Positions 1 through 13,060 of a stretch of DNA of 64,000 nucleotides are shown in pieces. The position numbers and the translations under genes are program-made. Below the pieces are notes generated by a model that saw only the letters and a program-made list of their open reading frames with translations, was not told the DNA's origin and made no database searches. Numbering within the stretch: position 1 is the stretch's first letter; each line of letters opens with the position of its first letter. Source of the DNA: the human T2T-CHM13v2.0 reference genome, Homo sapiens; the NCBI RefSeq assembly GCF_009914755.1, contig NC_060938.1. The stretch is one strand, 5' to 3'.

Positions 1-1639
1 GTATCTATGGCATAAGAATTACTATCTTTAAGTTATATCCTTTCAGTAATTTGAGACAAAAGCAAAATGTGGGAAATATTTGCTATCTTGTTGAAAGACT
101 TGTTTCTCTTTAGAAACTTCTAGCCCTATAATCAGTGCCATTTCAGGGACATTTTTTATGTGGGTCACTGTGTACTGGGGCTGAAGGCTTGATTGTCCCT
201 GAGAATTCTCTACATCGCTAAAAGAGAAATAATCACAGAAATCCTTCTGAGGCAAATATTACCAAAGTGAATCATAACACATAGCTCAATCCTCAAGCTG
301 AGGTGTCAGTACCCTCCTGAAACTGAGAAAGCACTAATTTCACAGAAATAAAAGCACAGTACTTTGGGATTCTACCAAATATCTCCTATCTAACATGTTT
401 TTGTAAGAACAGTTCATTTGTTATATTAGTAGAAATTTTAGAGGAAACCATAAATATGGCTTTTATAATTTTATGGAAAAAAAAAGTCACAGAGAAGGGC
501 TTGTCTTCGTGGATTTGTGCCATGAAGTTTCTTAACTTCCTGAAGGGAAATGTACTCACCTAGGTTGGCTGCAGCCAATTTTGATAACATAAACCATGAT
601 AACACAGCCTCATCGTGCTGCAGACGGAGGTGTACTTTGCATGATCACTTTCCTACTTCCATGGCCCAGCACCTGGCTTTTTGTAAAAAAGCATGCCAGC
701 CTTCTGTGGCCTGCAACAGCCACCTTCATCATACTAATGGTTTTCCATGCTCCACATATTTAGTCCAATTACTGTAGCTGATTTAGTAGTTTTAATATTT
801 AGATGAAGGACCCCACAGTTCATAATTCAAATTAAAATACTGGTTCAAGCCATAAAAAAAATGCCTGTTATCAGCATTGGTGTATAAAGGTCACTAGGCT
901 TGGTACCATGAAGGGTAGGAAATAAAAGTCAGTCTATGCCTCAATAAATTTTTATATTCTCTAATATAAACACTGGATTAGCAATCCAGATCAGTGTTTC
1001 TCTGATAGATACCCTATGCCTTTTGAATCTAGGTCTAGTAGAAATCTTAAGAGGCCACATCACCATTTGAGTTGGACATTCCTAATTTTTTGTCTTTACA
1101 TTTTTAGAAGTCCTCAACCTCATTCTCGTGTTTCAGAGTCCTCTTGAGAGAATGCTTTCCAACTAAATCTGAAACTAGGTATCATCCCCTTAGCCTAGAA
1201 CCTAGGACAAGTACTAAGCAAGGTTAAGATTCCTATGGAATTTTTAAGACTTGTTTCTTTTTAACCGGGTGAGCTCAGTTACTTCAAGCTATATCTTTTA
1301 TGTAAATATGGATATTTTTGGTAACGAGCAGATACACTGTCCAGTAATAGCCTCATGGTCTTTCCTCCAAGAGGAAACAGCCTCTGGTGCCTAAGGAGAA
1401 TCACATCCAGTGGAGACTGAGTTGTTCTCTCTCCTTGCAGGTTCACTTTTGGGAAGCTACAAGTCCCTTCACTTCTCTTTATTTCAGCTCCTTTCTCATG
1501 CCAGCTGCTCCACTGATGGAGGCAGCAGCTGCGATTGTTACATATCATGCGTCTAGCACTCATTTTCCTAAATAACACTCGACGCTGTCTCTGGGTATCT
1601 TCCACATAGGAAGGAGCAGGGGCTCTGGGCTCACAGTGC

Positions 1640-1820
1640 CGGGCCTGCCTCCCAGTCCTGTTACCTTCTGGCTGAGTGGCCTTGGTGAGCCTCTGTGCCT
1701 CTCTGAATCTCAGTGTCCTTGCTTGTAAAATAGAGGTAATAAAATCCATACCATAGGGTGATTGTCCAGATTATATGAAATAATATAGGTAAACTTCCCG
1801 GGCACATAATAAGCATTCTG
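1640..1820 (+). mobile_element. MIR SINE
   Basis: MIR core-like: gagtggccttggtgagcc...cctctctgaatctcagtgtccttgcttgtaaaatagaggtaataa...catagggtgattgt. Confidence 0.75.
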
Positions 1821-2129
1821 TTTTTTCCTCCTTCAAGGCATGTACCTTCAATGTAATTTTCTTAAAAACACTTAAATGTTGTCAGATAAAATTACTAAAA
1901 AAAAAAAAAATCACTAAGAGGATTTCTGGGATTTTTTTTTTTTTGTGTGCATTTTACTCTCCATGCCTAAAAACAAGAAGCTTAAATGGTATAGATGAAA
2001 ACATTCAGCTAGTCTTTGCAGGGGACTGAGACATTTAAATAGAAATGTGATCAAAGAGAAAAAAGAAATGTTCAGAGCACTCAAGACTTGAGGAGACACA
2101 CTGAGGAGGGAAAGGCATCAGAATTGGGT

Positions 2130-2410
2130 TGGTTAAGAACCTGCCTCCAGAGCAGAGCTGCCTGGGGGCAGATCTTGGCTCTTTGACTAATAGGCTGTGT
2201 GACCTTGGGCAAATGGCATAATTCTTGCATGCCTTAGTTTCCTCTCCATTTCCTTGGGCAAATGGCCTAATTCTTCCATGCCTCAGCAGGTGGGGTGTAC
2301 AACCCACAGGGCTACTGCGTGGTTGGCATGAGATAACATGTGTGGGTGCCTGAAGCAGTGCTTGGCACAGGGTACGTGCCCAGGAAGTGTCCTGCACTAT
2401 TACTGCTGAG
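2130..2410 (+). mobile_element. MIR SINE
   Basis: ggttaagaac...ctgtgtgaccttgggcaa...gccttagtttcctc...gtgcttggcacag. Confidence 0.75.
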
Positions 2411-2697
2411 AGCTGCATGCATGAAATGATTTTTTTACACTCTGCCCTTATCTCTGAAAAAGTATTTGTCATATTAGGAGGAGGGTTCGAGATAGCAAGG
2501 TGTGCTATGCCAACCACTCAGGCTGCTTTCTGGCTCTAATTGCAACTTGATTTAATTAGGCCAATATAGTTATTTTACTACCAGAAGAAAACTTAGAGAT
2601 TGTCCCTTCCAACCCCCTCGTTTTATAGATGAGGAAACCATGAGGTACTGAGAAATTGTGACTCATCAAAGGCCATTTAACACATTACTTAAATCAA

Positions 2698-2965
2698 TTG
2701 GGGCCTTTGTGCACTGCTGATGAGGATGTAAAATGGTGTGGATAATGGTATGGTGGGAGGTTCTTCAGAAAATTAAGCAGAATTACCATATGATCTAGCA
2801 CTTCTACTTCTGGATATTTACCCAAAAGAATTGAAAGTGGGAACTCTAATAGATATTTGTACACCCATGTCCATAGCAGCATTACGTACAATAGCCCGAA
2901 GGTGGAAGCAACCCATGTGTCCATCAACAGATGAATAGATAAGTAAGATGTGGTACGTGCACTCT
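2698..2965 (+). mobile_element. L1M (L1MB-like) fragment
   Basis: gaattaccatatgatctagca...cccaaaagaattgaaag...gaagcaacccatgtgtccatcaacagatgaatagata, typical of the L1 ORF2 end/3' region. Confidence 0.85.
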
Positions 2966-3759
2966 GAACAAGCATTCATTTGGCTGCACAGGGCCAGATC
3001 AAGGTATACTGTGTTCTTTACCAATATTGACTTGACGCCTTTTTCCAGAATTTTGTGTCCACCTAAGATCAGGCTTTCTGGGAGCTTGGTGACTTCAAGA
3101 GTTCCTCATGTGAATAGTTGAATCCATTGGATGGTGTTTTGCATAGTTCTAAAAACAGTAGGGAAATCATGAGTGCTAAGTTTTGAACTGTAATTATTTG
3201 TCTTTGCCCTTAATTTTATAGAGCTTTGTGATCATTAGAAGCATAAACACAGAATTGTAGAGCTGGAAATAGTTTAAAAATATTTTGTCCACATTTCCTC
3301 ATCTGTAGATGAGGAAACGGGCCCAGAGAGATGAAGGAACTTTACATGTTAGAATGGAAAGAACACACCCTAGACCTCATGTGACTTCTGCCACTGATTT
3401 TCAGTCTATAAAGGTGTGATAATAACACCTATAGTGCCCGCTTCAAATAAGGCAGTATACATGAAAGTGTTTTCCAAGTGGAATGCACGATACAAGAGTA
3501 AGTGATTAGTATTGCTAACTTGTGAGTAGTAATTTCACAACACACTTAGAGATGTCATTATCCTCATCTTCTCCTTGAACAGTTCAGCAACATCATCAAG
3601 GTTATTAAGTGCTTAATTTTACACAAGGCTGTGGTAGGCTTTTATTCCTAAGGAAATTGTATTTTTGTTTTTCCAGGAGCTTTTAAATCTTGACCAAAGA
3701 CATATAGGTGGGGTGTAAATAGCCAAATAGATATTGATCTGTTTATTTATATAATAGGC

Positions 3760-4370
3760 TTATATCAATGCATATGTGCATAGCAGGCATGGGTTCTGCA
3801 ATACTCAGGTTCTGTGCGAGGTGCCAGGAATTCAGTGATGAGTGAGGCAAACATGATCCTGCTCTTGTGGAATTTACAGTCCAGTTGGGGTGGGGAGGGA
3901 GAAAGAAATTTTAAAGAGAAATTAAACATTAACTATATACTTACAATTTAATGAGAAAAAAATAAAATCCAAGGTTCTTTGAAAGCATTTATTTAACAGG
4001 CAGATCTAACATGACCTGGGCCACCAAAGGAGGCCATCTGGAGGAGATGACATTTAATAAAGGCTGAAGAGAAATGAGGCTTGAAAGTGTGCAGAGGTCT
4101 TGAGAAAGGAGCAGTCCATTTGAGTAGCTCAATGGCAGGCGGGTTGGAGTGTGATGAGCAAAGGGGTGGGGCAGTGAGAGCTTCAGGTGAGGAGGCTGAG
4201 GGAACAGTGAGAGCCCAAAGGACATCCTAGGTCACGCGAAGGAGTCTACACTTTATCTGAAGTGCCAACGTAAGTCTTTGAAGAATTCCAAGCAAGCATG
4301 AGTGATGCAATCACTACTTCATGTGTAAAAGATCACCCTGGCTATTGTATAAGGAGTGGACCAACAGACT
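3760..4370 (-). mobile_element. L2 LINE fragment
   Basis: Antisense L2 3' pattern (gtgccagg...ctcttgtggaatttacagtccagt...ggaggagatgacattt...aagatcaccctggct). Confidence 0.65.
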
Positions 4371-7300
4371 GGAGTATTTGCTGATTAAGTGACTTCTAGG
4401 ATTTCTTTCAAATTAATCCAGGAGTTGTGGGGAGGAACAGATGAAACAATATTGGGCATGTGTCAGTAACCATCAAGGCTGAGTGATGAGTACATGAGGG
4501 TCTGTGTTACTGTCGTCTAAAATTTCCACATGGAAAAGTTGTTAAAACCACCATACAAATGAATATCTTTTATAAACAAGCTCAGCGTGTGTGTATGAAG
4601 AAACATTTCTAGCCTGTATAGAAAAAGTGATCTCCATCTTCACAAATGAAGGGAAATGGTTTACAATACAAATATACAGAAAGAGCAAATGATGTGAGCC
4701 ACATACAAGCTCCCCTGTGGATCCTGGCCACATCTCTTAAATCCAGTCTCGGGTTCCTGGCCTGGGAGTCTATGTCACCCTCATAGACTTTTTTTGCCAC
4801 AGACAAAATTAACCAGTGGTTTTAGCACAACTCATTTCTTCAGCATACCTGAAGAGTATCTATGCCTTCTCAAGAAGTGTCCTTCAACCTCCAGGGTAGT
4901 AATGAAGGGTACCCCAAAGAAGCATTTTTAACAGAAAAGAGACCAGAGAAGGAGAGAATCCTCACTGTTGGACTTTGCCCCATGCTGCCTCCTTGGGACC
5001 CTGGGAGATCCTTTCCCGGCCTGCTGGATCTGCCCTTTCCCCCTGAGAGGCAGGAAGAGCTGAGATCTCCAAGCCAGACCTTCACAGTGCCTCTCTCTAC
5101 AGTCTTAGTGTGGGAGGGGCATCTTTCCATGGCTTCCTGAGATGGAGATTTATTTAAGAAGGAAAGCTTGTTGAATTCCCTCTTACCTTTTTAAATGAAA
5201 GGTATTATTATTATTCTATATCTGGGGAAACTGGTCAGACACCTGTTTATGTTACATGCCATAGAGTTACAGATGTTAAAGACCTCAGGGCTTCATCTGG
5301 CGTGATGTCAGCGAGGGCCTACATTCAGGGTTGGGGAGGGTGTGTACTGTCCAGCATTCCTCTAAAAGTGTGTGACTGGCAAGGCAGGCTCCAGCATCTT
5401 CTGACCACTAATCTAATATTACTGTCCCCACAGGCCCTCCCTGTCATCACCTTTACCACTGCCCTCTCCACCCGCAACACCCCCGAGGTTGTGGACTTGT
5501 GAGTTCTTTGTGTATAGCTGTTCAAACATTTCCTATAGACGTGGGTAGTGGACAAAGGACTTGCTTGTGAGAACTTTTCCCATGGAGTGCAGAATCAGTG
5601 GGTGCGGGGGTAGTTTGAGCACACTTAGTTTTTAGCCCAGGATTTCTACTTGAAAAGAATTCCCCAAATCATTAACCAGTAATCGCACATCTAAAAGTAA
5701 CTTTATATGCACCCAAATAGGCACACTGGGAAGACTATTTTTCTTGCTTCCCCTTCTGTCTTTCTCATCTTTGCTTCAAATGTTTCTGTTCAATACTTAA
5801 CGTGTGCTTGCCTCAAAAGCAGCCTGACCTGCGACTCGCAGAGAATGGAGTATTCACACTGGCAGGATCCTCAGAAATTAACACAAAAAAGGCATATGAC
5901 GATGACACACACATTTGTGTAAAGAAAAAATAAAAGGCATTCCAGCTGTTATTTCTTAATTTTTTTTAACTTGGTTTGGGAATATATACTACCTGTTTTC
6001 TGGTGTCAACATGCCATCAGGTTTCTTAGGCTGACTAAATCATCCCAAAATGCTGATAATGATGGGACAAAAGAAAGTCTATCATTTTTTTAGGGCTTCT
6101 GAGGTTCCACTGAGTTTTGCCCTCATCTAGGTCCAGAAGGGCTTAGGGAAGTCCCAGGCGAGTCAGCAGAGCTCAGGAAGCTGAATCCTTGTCTCAGAGG
6201 TTAGTGCTCCTTTGCTGAATCATCTCCAGCAAGAAATCACGTGACTCAGGGTCTACTCAGGTGAAGTCGGCACCCTTGTCTTTGAGCTCACACAGGTGGC
6301 TGAGCTAAATAAGTGCTGAAAGGAGCTGGGTGCACTCTCCTGAGTCACCTTTGTTGACTCTGGAAGCACTGTAAACTTGGCATCAGAAGGAGATTATAAA
6401 GTGCTTTTGTTCCTAAGCTTTATAAAGTGTGTGTGTATGCATGTGGGTTTCTCTGTCATCCAGCCTCTCAGATTTCATCATCCGAGCATTGTCTGCAGGA
6501 ATCCTGTTTGCCTGTACGCACAAAGGAGGGAGAACCACAGTTAATTCGGGGATCCTCTTTTAGCCCTGAGTGTGTCCCACATCTGTCACCAGGCAGTGAA
6601 TTCCAGGAGCATTGACTGTCTTCCTGTTCATTTCCCTACTCCCCTCCTGGGAGAGGCTGGAATGTTCAAGGAAGCCAGCAAAGGTGGTCAGCCAGGAGAA
6701 GGCTGGGGAAGAGGAGGGAAAAATGGGACCCGAGTAACGCAGAGGATCCAACCCCAGATCATTAGGGCTGGTTTTTCAAACACTGTTAGGGGAAATCCAA
6801 AGAAAGTTATCAAAAGATCCTTGAGTAAGAGGAGTGGTTAACATGCAACCTGGCAGACTGTTGCCAGGACTGGAATACCTGTCTGAGGAAAGGAAGGTGC
6901 CCCACAGGCCTCTTACCAAAACCCCTAGTGAGGTTAACACCCTTCAGAAAAGGAACCGTTTGCTCACAGATCAAGGCCAGTGTCTGCAGAAAACAGAAAA
7001 ACACTGCTCTTCCCAGAGATTTTGTATTTGGGTCTTTTTAAGTCATATAATTTTACTAAAGTTCTTGATCTCTACTTCTTTTTCCCTCATTAAATTGTAA
7101 GTTTCCTAAGGTTGGAAGTCCTTACATTTTGATAGCAGTGTAAAGGATTTTTTAAAATGTATTTTTAATAGAGTACTCATGCTGCATGTCTCATTTATCT
7201 CCATCCCTGCCAGGAAGATAAAGATGTCAAAGCTTTTGTAAAATGACCACGGAAACTTTTCCTGTGTGGAGATTTGCTAACCGGTGTCTGTGGGTCAGAA

Positions 7301-10300
7301 GAGCTTTTTGTTTCGAGTTAGAAAAACTCTTGTCAACAAAAGTATTTGACTTTGTTGTTTTTTGTTTGTTTGTCCTTGCCAACTATCAAAGGTCAGTAAT
7401 TTGGGGCAGTTGATCATTAGATTTGGTTTGGATGCCAAAGATAATGCGCATCCAGGATAAAGAAGGGTACTGGCCTTGATTTCATCAGAGGAGGATAAAG
7501 GACATTGTATAGTCCCCACTAGAGAATCTTTGTTTAGCACTCACTTCTCTTCAGTAGCTACATTTGGGGAATCATACCTGGAAAAAAGTAGTTCGTATAG
7601 CTTGGGCATGTAGGGTAGCAGCAGCTTTTTCTTAACACTTGGAAGTCATTGGAGAGCATTGAAATCCGCCCCATCAGTCAGAGCTGCTTGAGACTGGTTT
7701 GTCAGGAATAGAAGCATGTTGTCTAACAACGGGCATTGGCACAACTGCATGACCTTGGGTTTCCATCTCCGAGACTTGCCTCTAACCTTTACCTACGGTT
7801 AATCAACATTGTCCCATGACCAGAAAGAAGATACAAGGAAGCAATAATGATTATAAAACCCAGGAAAGGCAGGGTGTTGGGAGCCTTGGAAAGGAATTGA
7901 GTATGTGCTTATGAAGGGCTGCTGGATTCCAGTCACAGACAGCATGGAAAACACAGCCAGCAAACCCACCACGGATTTGAGCACTGCCCCTGCCCGCTAG
8001 AGGAACAGTATAGGGCATTTAGTGTACTGAGTTTCATCGAGAGAAAATAAAGTACACTGTGTAGTGTGTCTCTGGAGATATCGCACAGAATATTCTGATG
8101 CTGGTCAGTTACAACCTGCCAGGTAAGGCACTGACCCACCGGCATTCTCAAATATACCCACATGCCCACTTCCTCCATCACTGGCTCAGGGAGATCAGCT
8201 TGAGCAAGTTTATTTCACTTTATTTTTAATAAAGAAAAGCCCATTTCAGACTCAAGGAAAACAAAGCATCTGTAGCTGAGGGAAGGACAATCTTCAAAAT
8301 GCCAGCTTTTTTTTTTTCCTCCCAGAGTTTTTAGTGATAAATGCAAAAATAGAAGAAAGAAAAGAGTCCCTTGATATGGGCACAGACTGTGGAGGCCACT
8401 GGTGTGGCCACCCACCCACCTGACGCCGGACAGGCCAGTCCGGCTCTGCTTCACGTGTTTTCAATGACACAATGCTGTTCCTGCCAGGGAGCACTCTCAT
8501 CACTTAATGGTACTGAGTATTACAACCACATTACGTGTTTTAGTTTTTCTTATGATGTATTTAGATATGCTGCCTTTAAATTCCACTCCCTGAACTTATT
8601 TCTCCCTGAAATTATTTCTCATCTAATCCCTCTTCTGGCCGACAGCTCTTTGAGTATTTGAAAATTTTAAGTGTCCTTCTATCTTTTCCAGCAAAAAGAC
8701 CCTCAGTAGTTTGAAATAAAACCAGGTGTCAGGCTGAAGGATGCCTCGGATTTTTTCCAGCCCTATTACTTTTCTTTCCCTTCACTTACCACCTGCACTG
8801 TATGTACTTCTCAGCCCTTCTCCTTCCATAGAATCAGAGGAAAAAGAATGTCACATGAGCCAGCAAAGAAGTACAACACAAGGAAACACACAGAGTGCGT
8901 GAATTCTCATCAGATGAAGTCCTGAGTGTCATTTATTAGGTGAAAGTAAAGTAAACTGTGTAATGATTCTCCTCACCTGTCGGTCCAAGTATCTTAACCC
9001 AGAATCCAAATAAGAAGATTGGTAGCCTCAAGGGGAAGTCTAGCGTAGGGACTGAGAGCAAAGGCCTGAGTTCAAATCCTGACTGTAGCACTCCCAAACT
9101 GTGTGACAGGTTACAGATGGGTCTGTTTCTCAGTTTCCTAATCTTTAAATTAGGAATAATAACCACAGTTGCTTTAAGGATTATATCCAATGAATTTGGA
9201 ACACTTAATGCCTATGCAACAAAGGAGTATGCAGCATACATATATGGCAGTAATGGCTACCACTTCTTAAGCTGTAACTTGTATCAAACGGTATCATTCT
9301 CTACTCTCTCCACTCCTGCAGCTTCCCCCTTCTCAAACCAGTCTGGATACCTGGCAGGGTGGTCCATTGCCATGAGTGTGCAGGTAACTAGTTCCAGCCC
9401 TCCCCAGCAAATTCCATCCAGATCCAATCTTAGCAGGATAGAGCACCTCTCCTTCTCTTGGCTCGTCCAGTATTCCATAGCAGCACCATTCGGTATAAGA
9501 ACCTAGACTTGGGAAGATTACAGTTTGTTTCCCCAGAGAGATTCAGGAAGTCTGTTGTCTGTCCTTTCCACCCTACCAAGCCCCATCCCACCCCCAGTGG
9601 ACTGTCATCAGCCCCATCTTGCATTTAAATGTCTGTCACTGCCTTCTCCTATGGAAAAGTGACTTATCAATGCCAGGTCCAAGCCTGGTGTCTCTCCCAT
9701 ACTGTGCAGCCACATCCCTGCATGACCACTGCCCTGAGCTGGAGGGTGCTGCTAGCACAGGGTGTCTCCAGATCTCCCCAACAGCTGGCAGGAGGGGTAT
9801 AAAAGGAGAAGGTTGGTCTTCATAACTGGGTCAGAATCTGCGTGTGCCAGCAGCATCCTTCAGACAGACACGCGCCTGCAACACGCATGCGTGGTGTGCT
9901 TCTCGTCAGCCCCAGGTGGCCATTAGGGTCTATGGTCATGGCGAGGTTGGGTGTCATGGCTGTGAACCGCACTCTATTCTGTGTCCTGTGCTCTTTCTCT
10001 GCCCTTTCTCCCCAGGACCCTCTCTAGAGCCATAAAATGCCTTTTCCCCATTTAGGATCATCGCTCTGGAATATTGGCAGGAAGGTTCTGTGGCATAGTT
10101 TCCTTGCCTTCTAACTTGCCAGCATTAGCTGCTAACTCTCTCTCTGCCCTTTGTTTAAGGTCTGAAATTGAATGAATGGAGAAGGTCATTTTGTTTGCCC
10201 AACAGCCACATCCAACCATTAGGCAGAAAATACAGTGTTCTCTGGCTCCTGGAAGAAAATCTTATTAGACTAATTGCTTTATTTATATAACTTGTCCTCT

Positions 10301-10612
10301 TCCTATGAAATCAGACAGATTTTGAAAGAGGAAAAAAATACTTGTGGCCATTACTTATATTTTAGTGAGTAAAGTACATTTGGGCCCAGTTATTTCAAGA
10401 CTCATAATGACACAGCGTTAAACTCTATAATCTGGAACATCCAACAACTCAAAACTGAAGCTGCCTCCTGTGTGCCCACAAGATGTGATAAGCACCATAC
10501 CTGACACCAGATTTGCAAAGAAGCTGCTCCACTGCACCCATCTTGCTGCATTTAGTTTCTCTGTCCTATTGTTAATGCAGATATAGTTGCACATTAAAAC
10601 CTATTGTTTGTA

Positions 10613-10920
10613 GGCCGGGCGTGGTGGCTCACACCTGTAATCCCAGCACTTTGGGAGGCCGAGGCAGGCGGATCACTTGAGGTCAGGAGTTCAAAACCAG
10701 GCTGGCCAACATGGTGAAACCCCGTCTCTACTAAAAATACAAAAATTAGTCGGGCGTGGTGGTGCACACCTGTAATCCCAGCTACTCGGGAGGCTGAGGA
10801 AGGAGAATTGCTTGAACCTGGGAGGGGGAGGTTGCAGTGAGCCAAAATTGTGCACCATTGCACTCCAGCCTAGACAGCAAGAGCGAGACTCCATATCAAA
10901 AAAAAACAAAACAAACAAAA
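10613..10920 (+). mobile_element. AluS (Sq/Sx-like), full length
   Basis: GGCCGGGCGTGGTGGCTCAC... dimer, A-rich tail and TSD ctattgtttgta on both sides. Confidence 0.95.
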
Positions 10921-10996
10921 AACTATTGTTTGTATTCTCGTTTTAAGATTGTCTTAGAAAAGGTTTTCTGTCAGGAAAAAAAAAAAAGTTTTCCAA

Positions 10997-11126
10997 ATAG
11001 GGTTTGGTGGTATGTGCCTATAATCCCAGCTACTCAGGAGGCTGAGGCAGGAGGATCACTTGAGCTTAAGAGTTTGAGACCAGCCTGAACAACATAGGAA
11101 GATCTTATCTCAGAAATTAAAAAAAA
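10997..11126 (+). mobile_element. FLAM/monomeric Alu
   Basis: Single Alu arm (cctataatcccagctactcaggaggctgaggcaggaggatcacttgag...) with A tail. Confidence 0.8.
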
Positions 11127-12789
11127 GCAAGAAAAAGGAACATTATTTTCCAAAGACCATTCCTCCCACTGCACTACTGGAGCCTAGGACAGTGAAGGCA
11201 GAAAGAGATCTTGTTCTCTCTTACCTGGCTGTAGAGGAACAGGGAGAGCCAGATGAGCCTCAGGGTCAAGGCTGACCTCAGAGTGTAGTCTCTCAGCAGC
11301 TTTCTATCTGTGCCCCTGCCTTTTAGTAGAACAGGATGGACTTACAAGTTTGGCATTTGGGTCCCATTAGGGACATAAGCAAATAATGGAAGTATTCTGC
11401 AAAAGAATTATGCTGCCACTGTTCACAGCGGTGGGAACAGAGTGTTTAGGGACAGTCTATTCGAGCCTAGGACGGCAACAAGATGTTCATTAATACTATC
11501 ATTTCTTGAGGGCTTTCTTTATGCCAGGCGCTTTACGTTAATTCTCTCATTGACTCATCATAACTTTTTAAAATATAGGAAAATCTTCATGTTAGAGTTG
11601 AGAAATCTAAGGCTCAGAGAAGTTAAGAAATTTGTCCACAGTCACACAGTAACTCAGTGGTGAAAGAATGATACAAACACAAGCAGTGACACTGCAGAGC
11701 CTGACCAGCCCTCCATGTCAGAGAAGCTGTTAGTTCTTTCAGCCTTCCCTGGCTTGCAGGAGGCCTCCCAGGACATTCCTATACAAACTTGGCCCAAATC
11801 CTTTACATGTCCCCTTAGAACTAGCGTCAGGAGGGAGCATGCCTGCTTGCTTTCCCCTGCAGCCACACCTCCTCTGTAGTCTGGGAAAAAAACTGTTAAG
11901 TGTCTCATTCTCGGGGCCAGGTGTGCCTCTGATTCCTTGAGTATCCTCTAGTTCAGTTCCACTGTAATGAGGGCCACAGCAGGAAGGGGAACATAAAATG
12001 AGTCCCTGAGTTCTTGACCCTTCTCTTTCCCCTGCTCTCCAGTCAGTTTGAGACTTACACTTGGGGTAGAATCCAGATTTTCCACCCTGGTCCCCTCACT
12101 CACTCTGTGCAGCTTATAAAGTGCTTTTCTTGGCCCTAGAAAACATTCTGCTTCCTTTAGTAAATGTGTGCAGAATATTTCATGAAGTCACATTATTTTC
12201 CTCTTTGGCCGACTTTCCCTCTTGGATCACAGTCAGGGAGAAAGTCAGCTGAGGTGAGGCAACTTTTCAGTGTGACCTTAAATGTGGATGAAAGTGATGG
12301 CCCCGAGGAGCACAATTGTTAACTTACTGGCATTTGGGTCCCATTAGGGACATAAGCAAATAATGAAAGTTTTCTGCAAAAGGATTATGCTGTCACCATT
12401 CACAGCAGTAGGAACAGAGAGTTTAGGGAAAGGCCTGTGCCCAGCCTAGGATGGCAAGCTATCCACCTCCAACTCCACACCATCTGCACCAACGTGAACT
12501 GTGAAAGATTTCAGGCCTGGGACTAATGTTAAATGTTCCCTTAACTCCTCATCTCCACATCACTGGACGGGGGTAGTGGTAGAAGGGCCACCCCACCACC
12601 ACCACAACACACAAAGCTTCTACCCCCTTAGTATCACCCCGGACCCTCCTTCTCCCGGTCCTGGTTTCTGTTTCATGGTATTCATCCTCCTCTGGCCTCT
12701 TCATGGCATCCTCCAGCTGCCACTCTGGCTGCTTCTCACCCTACGCCAGGGGTCAGGAGCCATGAAAGTCCGTGAGTGATACCAGCCAG

Positions 12790-13060
12790 GTGGGAGGTGA
12801 TAGGGAGTGGTGGGGCATGTGACTGACTGGGCATCTGGTGCCCCATGAAAAGCAGAAGCCCCTGCTCAACTCCAGGCCGTTTCTATGAGAGGAGTGCAGG
12901 CCCAGTGTTCCCGAGTATCTCATTTTCCACGAGAAGTTGGAAAACCTGACTTTTCATGTGATGTGACATTTCCTAGCGTTTAAATATTTGAGAAGTAATT
13001 AAAATTATTTCAAAACACACTAGGTAGGCCAAATAAAATGTGTCTGAGACCTAGGGCTGG
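12790..13060. mobile_element. hAT DNA transposon relic (MER102-like)
   Basis: ggcccagtgttcccgagtatctcattttccacgagaagttggaaaacctgacttttcatgtga resembles the MER102 consensus as recalled. Confidence 0.5.

Noticed and set aside
1415-1445. Strong-looking acceptor ctctctccttgcAG at 1440
   Set aside because: No good donor at exon distance; isolated acceptors are frequent in introns.
1897-1944. A14-TC...GA-T13 stem-loop
   Set aside because: Low-complexity homopolymer pairing, weak and common.
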